A program made the translations under genes and the position numbers. The notes below the pieces were generated by a model, which did not search any database, was not told the origin of the DNA, and saw only the letters and a list, made by a program, of their open reading frames with translations. DNA of 63,640 nt, the filler included, from Guillardia theta CCMP2712 (taxonomy: Eukaryota > Protista > Cryptophyta): the NCBI RefSeq assembly GCF_000315625.1. It is 6 parts of 6 records of this genome, joined end to end, with 100 filler letters (N's around TTAATTAATTAA, not from the genome) between each part and the next. Parts side by side here need not be neighbours in the genome. Positions count along the whole stretch, not along the records: positions 1 to 21,849 come from NW_005434531.1; positions 21,950 to 27,249 come from NW_005434189.1; 4 more parts are not named here. One strand, 5' to 3'. Every line of letters begins with the position of its first letter. Positions within the stretch are counted from its first letter, which is position 1. Shown piece by piece: positions 12,611-24,446 of this stretch.

Positions 12611-14230
12611 CGGACGGTCACACGGCTGAGCACTGCGGCACGTCACGGCGTCGAGCGCCCAGAGGCAGCCTGCTGAAGTCTTACTACAAGTTAACCGTGC
12701 GGTTTTAATGAACTCCCGCCGACGACGCCGGCAGTGACCGTGCGAGAACTCGCGCCCGGACCGGGGTACGGTGACGGCCCGAGTCACAGGGTGATCGGAC
12801 CGGCCCAGGCCTGACCGGGCGGGCGACCGTACGGTACGAGTCACCGTCGAGCCACTCACTGGCACTGAGTCAGGGCCCGGGGTGCCTGTCACTCCGGCGA
12901 GACGGTACTACCGGCCCCGCACGCCGCCGTTCAACGGTTACCGCGGCCCGGGCGGTAATCTGAGTTCAACGGTTGGTATCGGCCGATCATTCAAATTATT
13001 GTGCCAGCTTCAAGTGACTCAAACTTCTTTGAGTCAAGTTACGGCCTCATCAGCACTTTACTAGTACAGTTACTAAGGTTGAAAACTCGGACTCAGTACA
13101 ATGACAATCAGGAGAGTCGAGGAGGCTTGACCCTGACACTCAGTGACTGTCGCACAGGCCAAACGGCGAGAAGAGAAAAGACAGCGGAGAACCAAACCCG
13201 GCAATCCTGCCGACTGCTGTCCCCCATACGGCCAGTGACTTCAGTCTCACTGGCATGTTACCGTAGAACTAGTTAACCGGCCGGCCCCAACTCGGTCCCG
13301 GCGACGGTCGGAAGGTCCGATGCGGTACTATCTTTTTAGTCAACAATTAACACAGCTGTAAAGCCGCCGTGCTGCTAACCTTCAGAGATATAAAGGCAGC
13401 GCCGTGCCATCGACCCAATGAACATAAAACATTATAAAACGAGTATTGTGCCAGGATATCCTATATGAAAGCGAATATCTTTAAAATAGTTTTACTATGA
13501 TAAAATATTTTATACCGGCTCGATGACCTGAACCGTCGTAACTGCCCTGACCTGGGTGGGGTGATATAGAAGCTTGATCAGGGGTAGGGTACCTGCTCCA
13601 CATTTTGAGACTCTTCTCTTGGGACCAATGTGACCAAAGAACGACATAGTAGGGGTACAAGTTCCAGGCGATTCATGGGTAGGGTAGGAGAAGGGAATAG
13701 AGTGGCTTCTAAGGGTAGGGTAGTCTACCCCACCCATCAAATGCCAACTCACCAAAGCAGCAGAAGGACACGGAGAGATGGGTTCATTTCAGCAATATCG
13801 TTCTTTTACGTTTTCAAATTTAACTGACAAGCTTCAAAAACAAACAATAGGTATGTTAAAACCGATTTTGATCCTCTACTAGGAAGTGGATAAATTCAAG
13901 CTTTTATCATAGGGAAAGGAGATCTTTTCGATATTGTAAAACCACTTTTAAATCCTCTACACCCAAAGGTCTACTACCCCCACCCGGTGTGTTTCAATTG
14001 CTAAATGTTCACTACCCCTTAGATATCCATCTTTTACCCTCCTTTCTCCCTCTACTCGCACCCACCCACCCTACTGTGCCCTAGGTACCGTAGTTGTATC
14101 CCGTCATTTCTGTGTACAGTAGTCTTGATATAAAAATCTTGTTCAACTCGAGTACCCCTCACTATACATATATATAAATTGATAATTTTAAATTCCTTCA
14201 GTACCGGGGGCTATCAGTATTTCGATGCGA
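12610..14230. other. Degenerate intergenic zone: GC-rich palindrome-dense core followed by TACCC/CACCC-rich domain
   Basis: No credible ORF; dense GGTACC, GGGCCC, CAGTGAC, GATCGG, GGGTAGG and CCCACCC words; short direct repeats. Confidence 0.6.
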
Positions 14231-15142
14231 TGTGGTACAATTCTCAAAGAATTGGTAGTAGCGCATACATGTATAAAATATCAGTGCTACCAATAAGAAA
14301 CCCCTGTTTTATAGTTAAAATACATCCAGGTCTTAAAACTCTCCGCCGCTCCACGTCCTCCATGGTGGGAGGGGAAGAACAGGCGCAAACGCATCTAACT
14401 CGATGGGCGCGAATGATTCTGACCGCCTCCCCCACCTCTCTATTATGATAGCATGGACATCTCCTCCTCTCCCCCTCCTTTCCTTGGACACAGTGCAGAC
14501 GCCACAAGTCATCCCTTGCATAGTGCAGCAGAGCGCCTGGCTTTGTTCTCGTTTCTTCTTGTGGTCTAGGGATTGTTTTGATCACTCTCCCTTGTCTTGC
14601 TGGAAAATTCATCGCTGAGTAACATTTATGAACGAGTTTGACTGGTTTTTGTTGGCTTCTCTTGATTTCTTATAATCCTACTTCACTCCTTATTCATCCT
14701 CATACCATTGCACGGCCTTACACTTAACGGTGTTCTCCTGCCATGCTTCTTTTTGATTGCCATCACTGCATATCATGGTCGTAATATGATCCTGTCATCT
14801 GCTAGTATTTATTTAAACTTCCCATCAGCCCAGAATCTATCTCTGGGTTGTCGTTGCTTGCTATAATACAACATGTATACTTTAACTCGATTTGAGATGC
14901 TTCTTTTTGGATGTGGAATTTTATTGGCCTCTGTTGACCCATCATGAATTCTACATGCTATCTGTGTGCACAAGCAGCGAAAGTTACAATTCTTAAAGTT
15001 TTCTTGTCGCGTGAAATCATAGGGTGCTGATTTTTTTTTTTGGCAGATCTATTTCAACTTGTTCGTGAAAGGGTGAAAATGCGATTCCTTCACCTTAGAA
15101 AGTGATTGTGAGAGGATCCTTGTTTGATAGTCGCGCGCCAAC

Positions 15143-16246
15143 ATGTCGAAGTCTTGCCTTCTTCTGCTTTTTCTCTTCGTTTCCTTCGAAATCTCAGATG
15201 GTTTTAGCAAGTCTTTTGTTCTCCAAACCATGCAGCGAACGTCGTCATGCAGCCATCGTCCCGGACGCAACCTCCTCCTCTCGATGTCTCAGCAGCCCGG
15301 AACCGGGGGATCTGAGCGCTCGGTGGGGCAGGAGAGCCGACCAGTGGTCTCGGGCCGTGAGGAGAAGAATGTCATGACCAAGAAGATGAAGGCTACAGCT
15401 GTGCTGGAGGCACGGGGGGGATACAGCCTCGCCACCCACGTTGACTTCTCGGGACTCTGGACAGTCTGGCTCAGCGAGAATTGCCCGACCAACCTCACTT
15501 CAACCCTGGCAGGCCTCACGGACAGTCGCGCCTCTCAGAGGAAGGCAGCCGTCTGCAACCTGCTCAAGAACGCGTCTCCCGGACAGGGAGCCCCATGGGC
15601 TGTTGCAGCGCTAGCAGCAAGGCTAGGAGACAACTCTGCTTGTGTGAGAGAAGCGGCGGTGAAGGGCTTGGCGATGATATCGGAGAAGGGAAACCGCAAC
15701 GTTGTGCTCGCCATGGCCGAACTGGTCGAGGAGGAGAGAGCCATCACTGTGAGGAGTGCAGCGCTGCAAGCTCTGACAAGGGTGGCTGAGAGGGGGGACG
15801 AGGTAGCTGTCGCGCCTGTGCTGAAGCTGCTGCGGCGGGTTGAGGGCACAGAGAGAGGAGATTTCTTCTCCCCTCACCTCTCCCCCATCATCAGCAAGAA
15901 TGCTGCCAAGGCCCTAGGTAGCCTAGCAGAGTACGGAGACCTCAAGGCCCTCAAGGCGCTTCACCTGCGCGTATTGGACGATCCGAACCCTGTGGTGAGG
16001 GAAGCAGCTGCGCGAGCACTTGGGAGCATTGCGAACATGGGTGACCGGCAAGTGATCTTCGCCCTCACGATCTGCCTGGAGGACGAGGACGAGGGAGTTC
16101 GACGGTCAGCGATGAGGAGCCTCAAGTCGTTGAAGAAGAAGGAGAAGGACGACGGAAGCCTGAGCGACTTACTTGCGGAGGAGGACGACATGCTCGAGTG
16201 GTACGCGACGTGGTTGTGGCTGGTTCCTCTAGCGTGGGACTGCTGA
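15143..16246 (+). CDS. HEAT-repeat (PBS-lyase/E-Z type) protein with probable bipartite plastid leader
   Basis: Signal peptide MSKSCLLLLFLFVSFEISDG followed by F and a Ser/Arg-rich segment; repeats VREAAVKGL, VRSAALQAL, PVVREAAARALGSI, VRRSAMRSL. Confidence 0.7.
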   Translation: MSKSCLLLLFLFVSFEISDGFSKSFVLQTMQRTSSCSHRPGRNLLLSMSQQPGTGGSERSVGQESRPVVSGREEKNVMTKKMKATAVLEARGGYSLATHVDFSGLWTVWLSENCPTNLTSTLAGLTDSRASQRKAAVCNLLKNASPGQGAPWAVAALAARLGDNSACVREAAVKGLAMISEKGNRNVVLAMAELVEEERAITVRSAALQALTRVAERGDEVAVAPVLKLLRRVEGTERGDFFSPHLSPIISKNAAKALGSLAEYGDLKALKALHLRVLDDPNPVVREAAARALGSIANMGDRQVIFALTICLEDEDEGVRRSAMRSLKSLKKKEKDDGSLSDLLAEEDDMLEWYATWLWLVPLAWDC

Positions 16247-16515
16247 TAGTCGCACAGCGTCTTCGGACTGTTCGTTGTTTGTTATTCGTTCATCCCCTGT
16301 TTCTCTTGTGTGTAAATTTAGACCTTGTGTGATTATTGGAATCAACTTTTATTTGTAATTTCTTAAATCTTCTTACAGCGCAGCAAAACTCAAATACTAA
16401 TCTTTCAAGTAAAAGGTTACACGAGGAGGTGGGGCACGAGCTTACGCGCGGGTCCTCCTCCTCCATTCTTATATAACCATGCGGCATCATACGCATGTTA
16501 ATCTTGTCATAGAAT

Positions 16516-17502
16516 GTCACATGGACCACTTCTCAGTCTGTTGCCCAGCTCTTCCCATCACACTCCTGCTCCGCAGGAGCTGCTACGGAGGAGCAGCTAC
16601 GGAGGAGCAGCTACGGAGCGCAGCTGACTGTGACCCTCCCTCGTTACTCGCTAGTAATCGGCTCCTCCCCCTCATAATCGTAGTCACGTATGATGGACTT
16701 GTACGTGACGATCGACTGCCCTTCCTTGACGAGCCCAAGGCGGACAATTGAGCCCTTGTCTCCACGCATGAGAGCCTGTTCAAAGTGTCAACAAGAGCGC
16801 TGGCGCCTGTACCTGCACTCACATCTACGATGTCCTCTAGCGTGAAGTTCTGCAGGTCATTCTCGGCTACGAGGATGGGGGTCAGAGTGACGACATGGCA
16901 TCGAGCACAGCACCATCGGGGTCTTTGAACTTGTCAAAGTGGAGGAAAAGTTCCGAGATGTCAAATGCGTCGATGTAGAGAATCCGGTCCCCAGCCTGAG
17001 CAGGAGGAGGGTGAGAGGACGCAGAGGTGATGGTGAGTCATGATACATCAACACATCCTGTCTGATCAGCGGGACCTCCATCGTAGACTTTGTCGACCTG
17101 GACGTTTCAGGCTTCAGAATTCTGCCATTCTACTTGAGCAACTCACCATGACCCGCGAGTTCGCCACATCGATCGACGTCTTGATCCCAATGCCTGCAGG
17201 CAAGCAGCGAGGCTCAGGATGAAGAAGCAGGATGCAGGAGCTGCTCACCCCACTTGTTCGACACACCCTTCCATCCTCCGCTCCTGCTCACCCTCCTGCG
17301 TAGCTGCCTCTTCATGGCCTGAGTGGGCACTCAGGGTCAAGAAGCCAACATGGGAGAACGTACCTTCCATCTTGGATCCCTGAAGAAGAAGTTCTCGTGC
17401 ATCCAATCATGAATGCCTGCGAGCTCGTCAACGACCTCCACGGCCTCAATGCCGACAACCTTGCCCGTCGTCGATGTCCAGAATGCTCTGCGTCGTTCCC
17501 AT
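16516..17502 (-). CDS. Small PDZ-domain protein, probably N-myristoylated
   Basis: Manual splicing gives MGTTQSILDIDDGQGIHDWMHENFFFRDPRWK...NKWGIGIKTSIDVANSRVMVDKVYDGGPADQTG..AGDRILYID...MRGDKGSIVRLGL; 3' end approximate. Confidence 0.65.
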
Positions 17503-17999
17503 CGTTGCCCTTCTTGCGATAAGTGAGTCCTAGTATCCCTGACATTCAATGAGATATGGCAAAAACATTATAAATGTACAGTGGGAGAACCATGGACAGT
17601 GACGATACAATCACATGTGACACCAAAACATTGGGGTTTCTTAACGCAGCAGTTCAAGAAATGAAGCTTTGTTTCTTCTTAACTGCCACAAATCCAAACA
17701 TCGCATCTCTCTCTCGCTGTATTCTCTTTGTTCCCTCTATCCTGTTGAAATTTCGTGCTAGGTGCTGGTCTGTCGATACGCGATCACCATTCCCTGCATT
17801 CTGCAGCCATGTCTCTCAGTCGCATTCCTTCCTTCATCCTGCCTCTTCTGCACCTCACCATTGCTCCTCCTCCTCCATCTCTCAGTATCTCTTCATCTTC
17901 TCTTTTCGCTCCTATCATCTTTCATCTTCTTCTGTCCTCTCCCTTGACCCCTCCCCTCTATCCTCTCCTCCTACATTGTTCCCAAATAAGGCCATGATA

Positions 18000-19190
18000 A
18001 ATTGCGATCCCGATCACCCCACCCTCGCCCTTCCAAACAGTATCTGATCACCCACCCTTTAATATATATCTCAGTACCCCACCATACCTCATATATGGAA
18101 CCACCCTACCTTCATCCTAGAGTAGCTCAACAAACCTTTCAGCCCACCCACCTTGTTAACCTTTGGACCCACCTTTCACCTTCAATTCCACCCCTAGCAC
18201 CACCGGTTCTAAGAAAAAAGACGGCAAAAAAATACATACCCTACCTACCTTTTACCATCTTGGACTCAGGAAAGATAAGGGTACTACAATATACTTTTAC
18301 GTGCACCCCACCCGACGATTCATATGAACTTTCGGGACCCCACCCCTCCACTTTACAACACCACAACATCCTACCCCACCCCACCCCGGGATGTACTACC
18401 CTGTACCCCATGGTCTGTATATCTTTCAACCCCCTTTGCTCCTGGTTCCGATTCTGCTGAGGCCACCATGACCCCCCACCCCAGATCAACTTGGATCATG
18501 AGGGGGTGCTGACAATGTTCCTTGGTATGACTACCCCCTCCATTTAGCTTCATACTACCGGTTATCTGGGACGTTTTTGGCTTTCGCGGCATCAACCCGA
18601 CCTGCAATGCCACCCCCGTCATTTGCGTGAATGGGTACCTCTACCTACCCTTCTGCACTTGTACCCACGCCAATTTCGAACATACCCCTATTTAAGTTCA
18701 GTCAAAGTACTCTACCCCTCCATTTACGTTCAAGTCACTTATGAATTGGACCCTACTTTCGATTGTATTCGGTGAGGTACCCTACATTATCCAGCATATA
18801 CCCCCAATCTATCACCCCCACCCTTGCCTTTGACCCTTTGCAAACTGGTACCCCCAAAAGACACGTTTGGTACTACGGTAGCGACGCTCAGTGACACGCG
18901 CCGGGCCAGCCCCTGGGGCTCAGACGATCTCATTCAGATCTCAGTGCCAGTGCCATCGGGCCGTCAATTTTCCGTCCGCTGCCGATCCGGTTACTTTTTA
19001 CTCAAAGTTAAGTGAAATTTAGAAGGACTGACTGGAGGTCATCCATCTTTACTGGTACCACTACCCCTGGACCTTCACCCACCTTGTCCCTCTTTTTCTG
19101 TTCAAGTACCCACTAGTTTACTGGTAACAGTACCGGTGATGATTGAAATCCAGGGACCCCCACCCAGTCACTTGCTACACCCTCATCCTT
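18000..19190. other. Degenerate TACCC/CACCC-rich intergenic zone between divergent genes
   Basis: Same word content as 12.6-14.2 kb; no credible ORF. Confidence 0.6.
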
Positions 19191-19213
19191 CAAAGAGTTC
19201 AAGAGCGGCCCCC

Positions 19214-21474
19214 ATGCAGCGTGTGGTCGGGCTACTGTCGTCCCGCTCCCGCTCCTCCTGCTCCTCCCTCCTCCCTCACTCCCTCCTCCCTCCCAAGGCG
19301 ATGGTTTCCTCCCGTCTTAGGAGCTCAACCTCCTCCTCCCTGGTCACCAGATCGCGTGTTCCCCTTGCCATCGTGCTAGTTTGCTGCGCAAGGCACGTTG
19401 CTGGTTTTGCTCCCTCCCTGTCATCCCTGTCTTCTCTCCAGCATGGGATTCGTGCAAGAACGAGCTTTGTGTGTGGAAGGCTCCCCTCAACCGCTCGTTC
19501 TGACTTGCGGAGGAAGTTTGTTGCTCCCTGCCGCTCGCTTGCCTCCAGTACACAGGATGGTAGCTTCACGAAGGATCTGGAGGACGAAATCAAGAAGCAA
19601 GGGGATGTGGTAAGAAACATGAAAGCAGCCATGAAGGAAGACAGTGCCTCGCACAGCAAGGAAGAGCTTGACGCCGCTGTCAAGAAGCTCCTTGACCTCA
19701 AGGCCAAGCTCGAGGCTCCCAAGCAAGAGGAGGAGAAGGTTGCGGTTGTGGGCGACGCTCCCGTGCGAGTGAGCAACATCGGACCCCTTGCTCTTGCTCG
19801 CAACCGCCTCAAGGTGCGGGAGATCATGATGTCGCAGGAGAACCTGGTGGGCAAGGAGGTGATTGTGAAGGGATGGGTCAGGACGGTCAGGTCACAGAAG
19901 TCGTTCTCCTTCATCGAGCTCAACGACGGCTCCCTGCCCAAGGGCATCCAGATCGTCGTCAACGCCGACCTGCCGACGTACGCGGAGGTGGAGAAACTCT
20001 GCACAGGAGCATCGGTAGCAGTCAAGGGGACGATTGTAGAGAGCCCTGGGCAGGGGCAGCAGTACGAGGTAGCAGCGAGTGAGATCGAGCTTGTCGGGGA
20101 CTGCAGCGGGAAGGACTATCCTCTGCAGAAGAAGAGGCATACGCTGGAGTTCCTCCGCAGCATCGCACATCTCCGTCCTCGTACCAACACGTTGGGGTCG
20201 ATCGCTCGCGTGCGGTCGGCGCTAGCGCAGGCGACGCATGCATTCTTCCAGAAGCAAGGGTTCCTGTACCTGCAGTCGCCCATCATCACGGCGTCAGACT
20301 GTGAGGGAGCAGGCGAGATGTTCAGAGTCACCACCCTCCCGTCTGAAGTTGACAAGCTGCCCAAGACCAAGGAAGTGTGTGATGGAGGAGGAGGAAGGGG
20401 AGGAGGAGGAGGTGGTGGTGGTGGAAGGAGAGGAAGAGGGAGGAGGAGAAGGGAAGAAAAGGAGGAAGGGCAGAAGAAGAGAGGGAGGGAGGGAGGGAGG
20501 GAGGGAGGGAGGGAGGGAGGTCATGGTGGAGAGAGTGGAAGTGGGTCGGTGGACAAGGGCACAAGGAGGAGGAGAGTGGAGAGGTTCTGAGATAAATTAT
20601 GTCAGGGCTCCATCGATTACTCGAAGGATTTCTTCGGCAAGCCTGCATACTTGACCGTGTCAGGACAGGTGAAAGGAGGAGGAGGAATTCAAACAGAGCA
20701 TGCATAGAGAGGGAGGCAGTGGAGAGGAGAGAGGAGAGGAGAGCAGAACAGGATGCAAACACAGCTGATCAGATTTCTTTTTGTCTTTTAGCTCTCTGGC
20801 GAAACTTTTGCCTGCGCACTCGGCGACATCTACACTTTCGGGCCAACTTTCCGTGCTGAAAACAGGTCGATGAACAATCCTCTTTTTTCTCCTTATTCTC
20901 CTCTTTTCTCTTCCTCCTCACTTTTCTCCTCTCTCCTCCTCTCCTCCTCTCCTCCTCTCTTCCTCTCCTCTCCCTCACATTTCCCCCTCCTCCTCTCCTC
21001 GTGCCCTTCTGCTCTCGTTCTTCTCCTCTCTCCTTCTCGTTTTCTTTCACCCATCGGTCCTCTAACTTCATTCTCAGCCAAACTTCGAGGCATCTTGCTG
21101 AGTTCTGGATGATTGAGCCGGAGATGGCGTTTGCCGACCTTCAGTCTGTCATGGAGAATGCAGAAGCATACGTGAAGGTGAGCAGAGTGCAGATGAAGAT
21201 CGGAGTGAAGGAGACAAGAAAAGAGGAGGAGCAAGAGGAGGAAAGAAGAAGGACTGGGGCAAGACAGGAGGAGTGAAGGAGTGAAGCAGAGAGGAGGAGG
21301 AGGAGGAGGAGGAGGAGGAGGGGGAAGGAAGAAGAGGAGTTTTACGATGTTCTGACATTGACTGGCAGTTTGTTGTCAAGCATGCGCTTGAGACGTGCGG
21401 AGAGGATCTTGCATTCTTCAACCAGATGTATGATAAGACGCTGCTGGAAAGGCTCAAGGACCTGGGTGAGTGGT

Positions 21475-21557
<83 letters not shown>

Positions 21558-21718
21558 GTTGAGAGGAGGAGGGAGGAGGGAGGAGATAACGATGGAGCAG
21601 TCGAGAAGCCCTTCGCTAAGGTCTCCTACTCCGAGGCGGTGGAGCTGCTCCAGGCAGAAATCGCCAAGGACAAGAGCAAGTGGCAGTACCCGGACGTGAA
21701 GTTTGGAACTGACCTGAG
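19214..21718 (+). CDS. asnS: Asparaginyl-tRNA synthetase, organellar, with N-terminal WHEP domain; 3' end cut off by scaffold end
   Basis: [86 protein letters not shown]; [17 protein letters not shown]...[13 protein letters not shown]; GT-AG introns. Confidence 0.95.
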
Positions 21719-21849
21719 GTATCCAGCGGGAGGAGAGGACGAGAGAGCTGGGGCGCGAGGTGGGCAGGAAGGGGGGGGTTAGCCCGGGAGGGGGTGGGCA
21801 GAGACGGGGAAGAGAAGATAGAGATTTGATTTGAAAGGGAGCAGGATAA

Positions 21850-21949
21850 NNNNNNNNNNNNNNNNNNNNNNNNNNNNNNNNNNNNNNNNNNNNTTAATTA
21901 ATTAANNNNNNNNNNNNNNNNNNNNNNNNNNNNNNNNNNNNNNNNNNNN
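21850..21949. other. Artificial scaffold linker (Ns + TTAATTAATTAA + Ns)
   Basis: 12-mer with stops in all six frames embedded in Ns at 21894-21905; identical linkers at 27294, 34008, 46463 and 53587. Confidence 0.95.
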
Positions 21950-22192
21950 AGCAAGCAGACCCGCAGCGACTACAGCGTGGACGCGCTGACCAAACTGCAA
22001 GCTCAAAGCCCAACCAACCTCTCCGTCCCAAGCCATTCTCACAGCCGCTCGATCTGCGAGGAGGAGCAATGTGGGGGCAGTCCGAGCAGCAACAAGCTCG
22101 AGGGTGTGGAGGAGAGGTTTACGGGGTACCAGGATGAGCTTTTCGACGAGGCGATCGAGCACGTGCAAGGGGGATACGTATTCATCAGATAG
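21950..22192 (+). CDS. 3' fragment of an unknown gene
   Basis: Open frame from scaffold start to TAG 22190-22192. Confidence 0.4.
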   Translation, partial: SKQTRSDYSVDALTKLQAQSPTNLSVPSHSHSRSICEEEQCGGSPSSNKLEGVEERFTGYQDELFDEAIEHVQGGYVFIR

Positions 22193-22580
22193 ATGAAAAT
22201 TCTCGCATGCTTGGACGACTACAACGATGAAGTTCCTTACATGCATCGGCGGTGGACAGGGTTCTACTGGGATGCGATTTGTGTATTTTCAGTGTGAAGT
22301 ACGTGTAAATAAAGTGTCTTGATATTTCAAACGCGACTATTCCTTCGCAAGAATTCCTGTATTCAGCTCATTCTGCATGACGGTGTGCAAAGTTTTCTTG
22401 GCATAAAACGAATCAGTACCGACCCTCCATGTAAATGAAATGGGATTCAGCCTTTCAAAATGAAGCTATATCTAATGAAGAGATATCATTTCTTTGCCAT
22501 AAGAATGTGGGACATGTTTCTTGATGCAGACGGGCTTGCAAGGATGTCGCCCATCCTTTTGAATCAAAGCTGACCGGTAG

Positions 22581-24111
22581 CTATCTGAGAAACTTGAATC
22601 GTGTAAGAGAACTGTGCTCGTCGAGCTTGATTACCTTGGTATGAAACCCTCGGTCAACAGTCTCCTGCCACGCCTTGAGGCCACCAGGTACAAACTCCTC
22701 CTTACTCATCATGTCCTCCAACTCCACGAGACTCATAAATCTGCCCCAGATCACTTCCCCGTCATTGAACTTGATTTCGTGCTCTCCTTCAACTGCAACC
22801 TGGGCACTCAAGTCATCATCATGGTACCATAGGACTTGTCTGCTACCTTGAAGACCGAAAGGACGACTCTGTTCCTTGAGCTCAACCAAAGAACTTGAAA
22901 GAGCTAGTAATGCGTCATGGATGCAAAAATTTCGATGGCCATCCTACCTCCTCCAGATCCTCCCTCTCGATCCCTAGCTCCTCCCGCACCTCGTTTCTGC
23001 GGGCAAAGGATTAGTTGAGAGCACGAACAAACTGAAAACTTCTCAAAGGAAAAGATTTCAATCGTTCACGAAAAAACTCAAGAGTAGGAAGGAGTGAGTT
23101 GACCTTGCCCCTGTCATAGGAGCTTCCCCGGAGAGGAGTAGCCCACCAACGAACATGTCATAGTGCAGCGCATGCATGCTCTTCCGAGGTGATCGTCTGT
23201 GCACATAAATCTGTCCTTGTCGGTTATGGACGAGGATGCCAACCGCCGAATGAAGCAAGTTGTACTTCTCGACGAACCTCCTTTGCAGGGTGAAGATTCT
23301 TGCTCCCTGGAACGCAACAGCAACCATGAGATCAGGCAGTAGGGATACAACTGATGTGAAGGGTGTTGAAGAAGAAACACAAGTCAACCTGCAAGCTTAT
23401 GACGTCGAGCTGTTCTGCACTCCCTTTGACGTTGTCGCGCCCCAGTAGCGACTCGACCTTGCGATCCAGCAGCTTTTTCACCATGCGCGGGGTCTTGTCT
23501 ACAACCTCACTCTCATACCCCATCTCCTTCAAGGTCTCGCCCATAAGACCTGTGCTGGAGGGGCAAACCACAATCCTTTCGCGACGGTTTTCCAACGACA
23601 GAGACTCTAAACACTTGATCATGAGAATTGTTTGCATTCTGTCCCCTGAGCCCTGATGGAGTTGGTCTTTCACCCAGATACCATGCAACGTCACCTCTGT
23701 TTGGCCGAACGACATGTCTAGGCAGCTCGAAATCTCATTCTCACGATGCGAAATGAGAACATGGCTGCCTTGTTGCTCTGGCCAGAGTGCTCTGATACTC
23801 GATCGCAAGCCATCAGGCAGCTCATCCTTTCCCATGGCTTCGACCACGTCATCACAGAAGTATGTCGTGAAGTTGAGCCGCAGGCTCTCAGTCGATGCTG
23901 GCTGCAGGATGATCCCGGTCTTGTCCAGCTCCGGACCCTGCTCGTTGAAGGCGTCATGGAACGCAGATCGTCTGCACAACCCCTTCCTGAGGGAGGGACG
24001 CAGAACTTTTCCAGGGCAGAGTCCTGCATTCCTGGAGCTCAGGCAAGGGCGGCATGAGGGCGGTAGAAGGGCCCAGCATACTGGCATCGTTGTCACGAAA
24101 GCCGCCGACAT
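22581..24111 (-). CDS. YfcD/IDI-like Nudix hydrolase with degenerate GNAT-like middle domain and transit-peptide-like N-terminus
   Basis: Spliced: NLLHSAVGILVHNRQGQIYVHRRSPRK...YDMFVGGLLLSGEAPMTGARNEVREELGI...DGEVIWGRFMS...FVPGG. Confidence 0.75.
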
Positions 24112-24446
24112 CACAGCCTCCACAAAGTGAGTGGGGAATGATGGGTGACCAAAAAGTTTTGTTTTAAAAATCAGCATCAGTCCGTTTGACAAGCTTGTAC
24201 GATGGCAGTGCAGTGCGATGTTGTACCATGCTGAAGGCTGCCTATCTCCATCATGCCAGTGAAGCTTGAAGTCAGATCGAACTCCAGTCAGACTCGTCTT
24301 CCAGCCGCAAGTCGTCACTGTGCCGAGTACTAGGCTTATGATCATCGGATAGTGTACTACAGTGACTGGGTGACAGTGGAGGAACAGGCAGCGGCTCGTG
24401 ACTTGACCGCTTTGTCGCACTCAGCAACGACCAAGGAGGAGGAAAC

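Noticed and set aside
14361-15050. Possible small AT-rich membrane-protein gene
   Set aside because: Could not assemble a consistent spliced frame.
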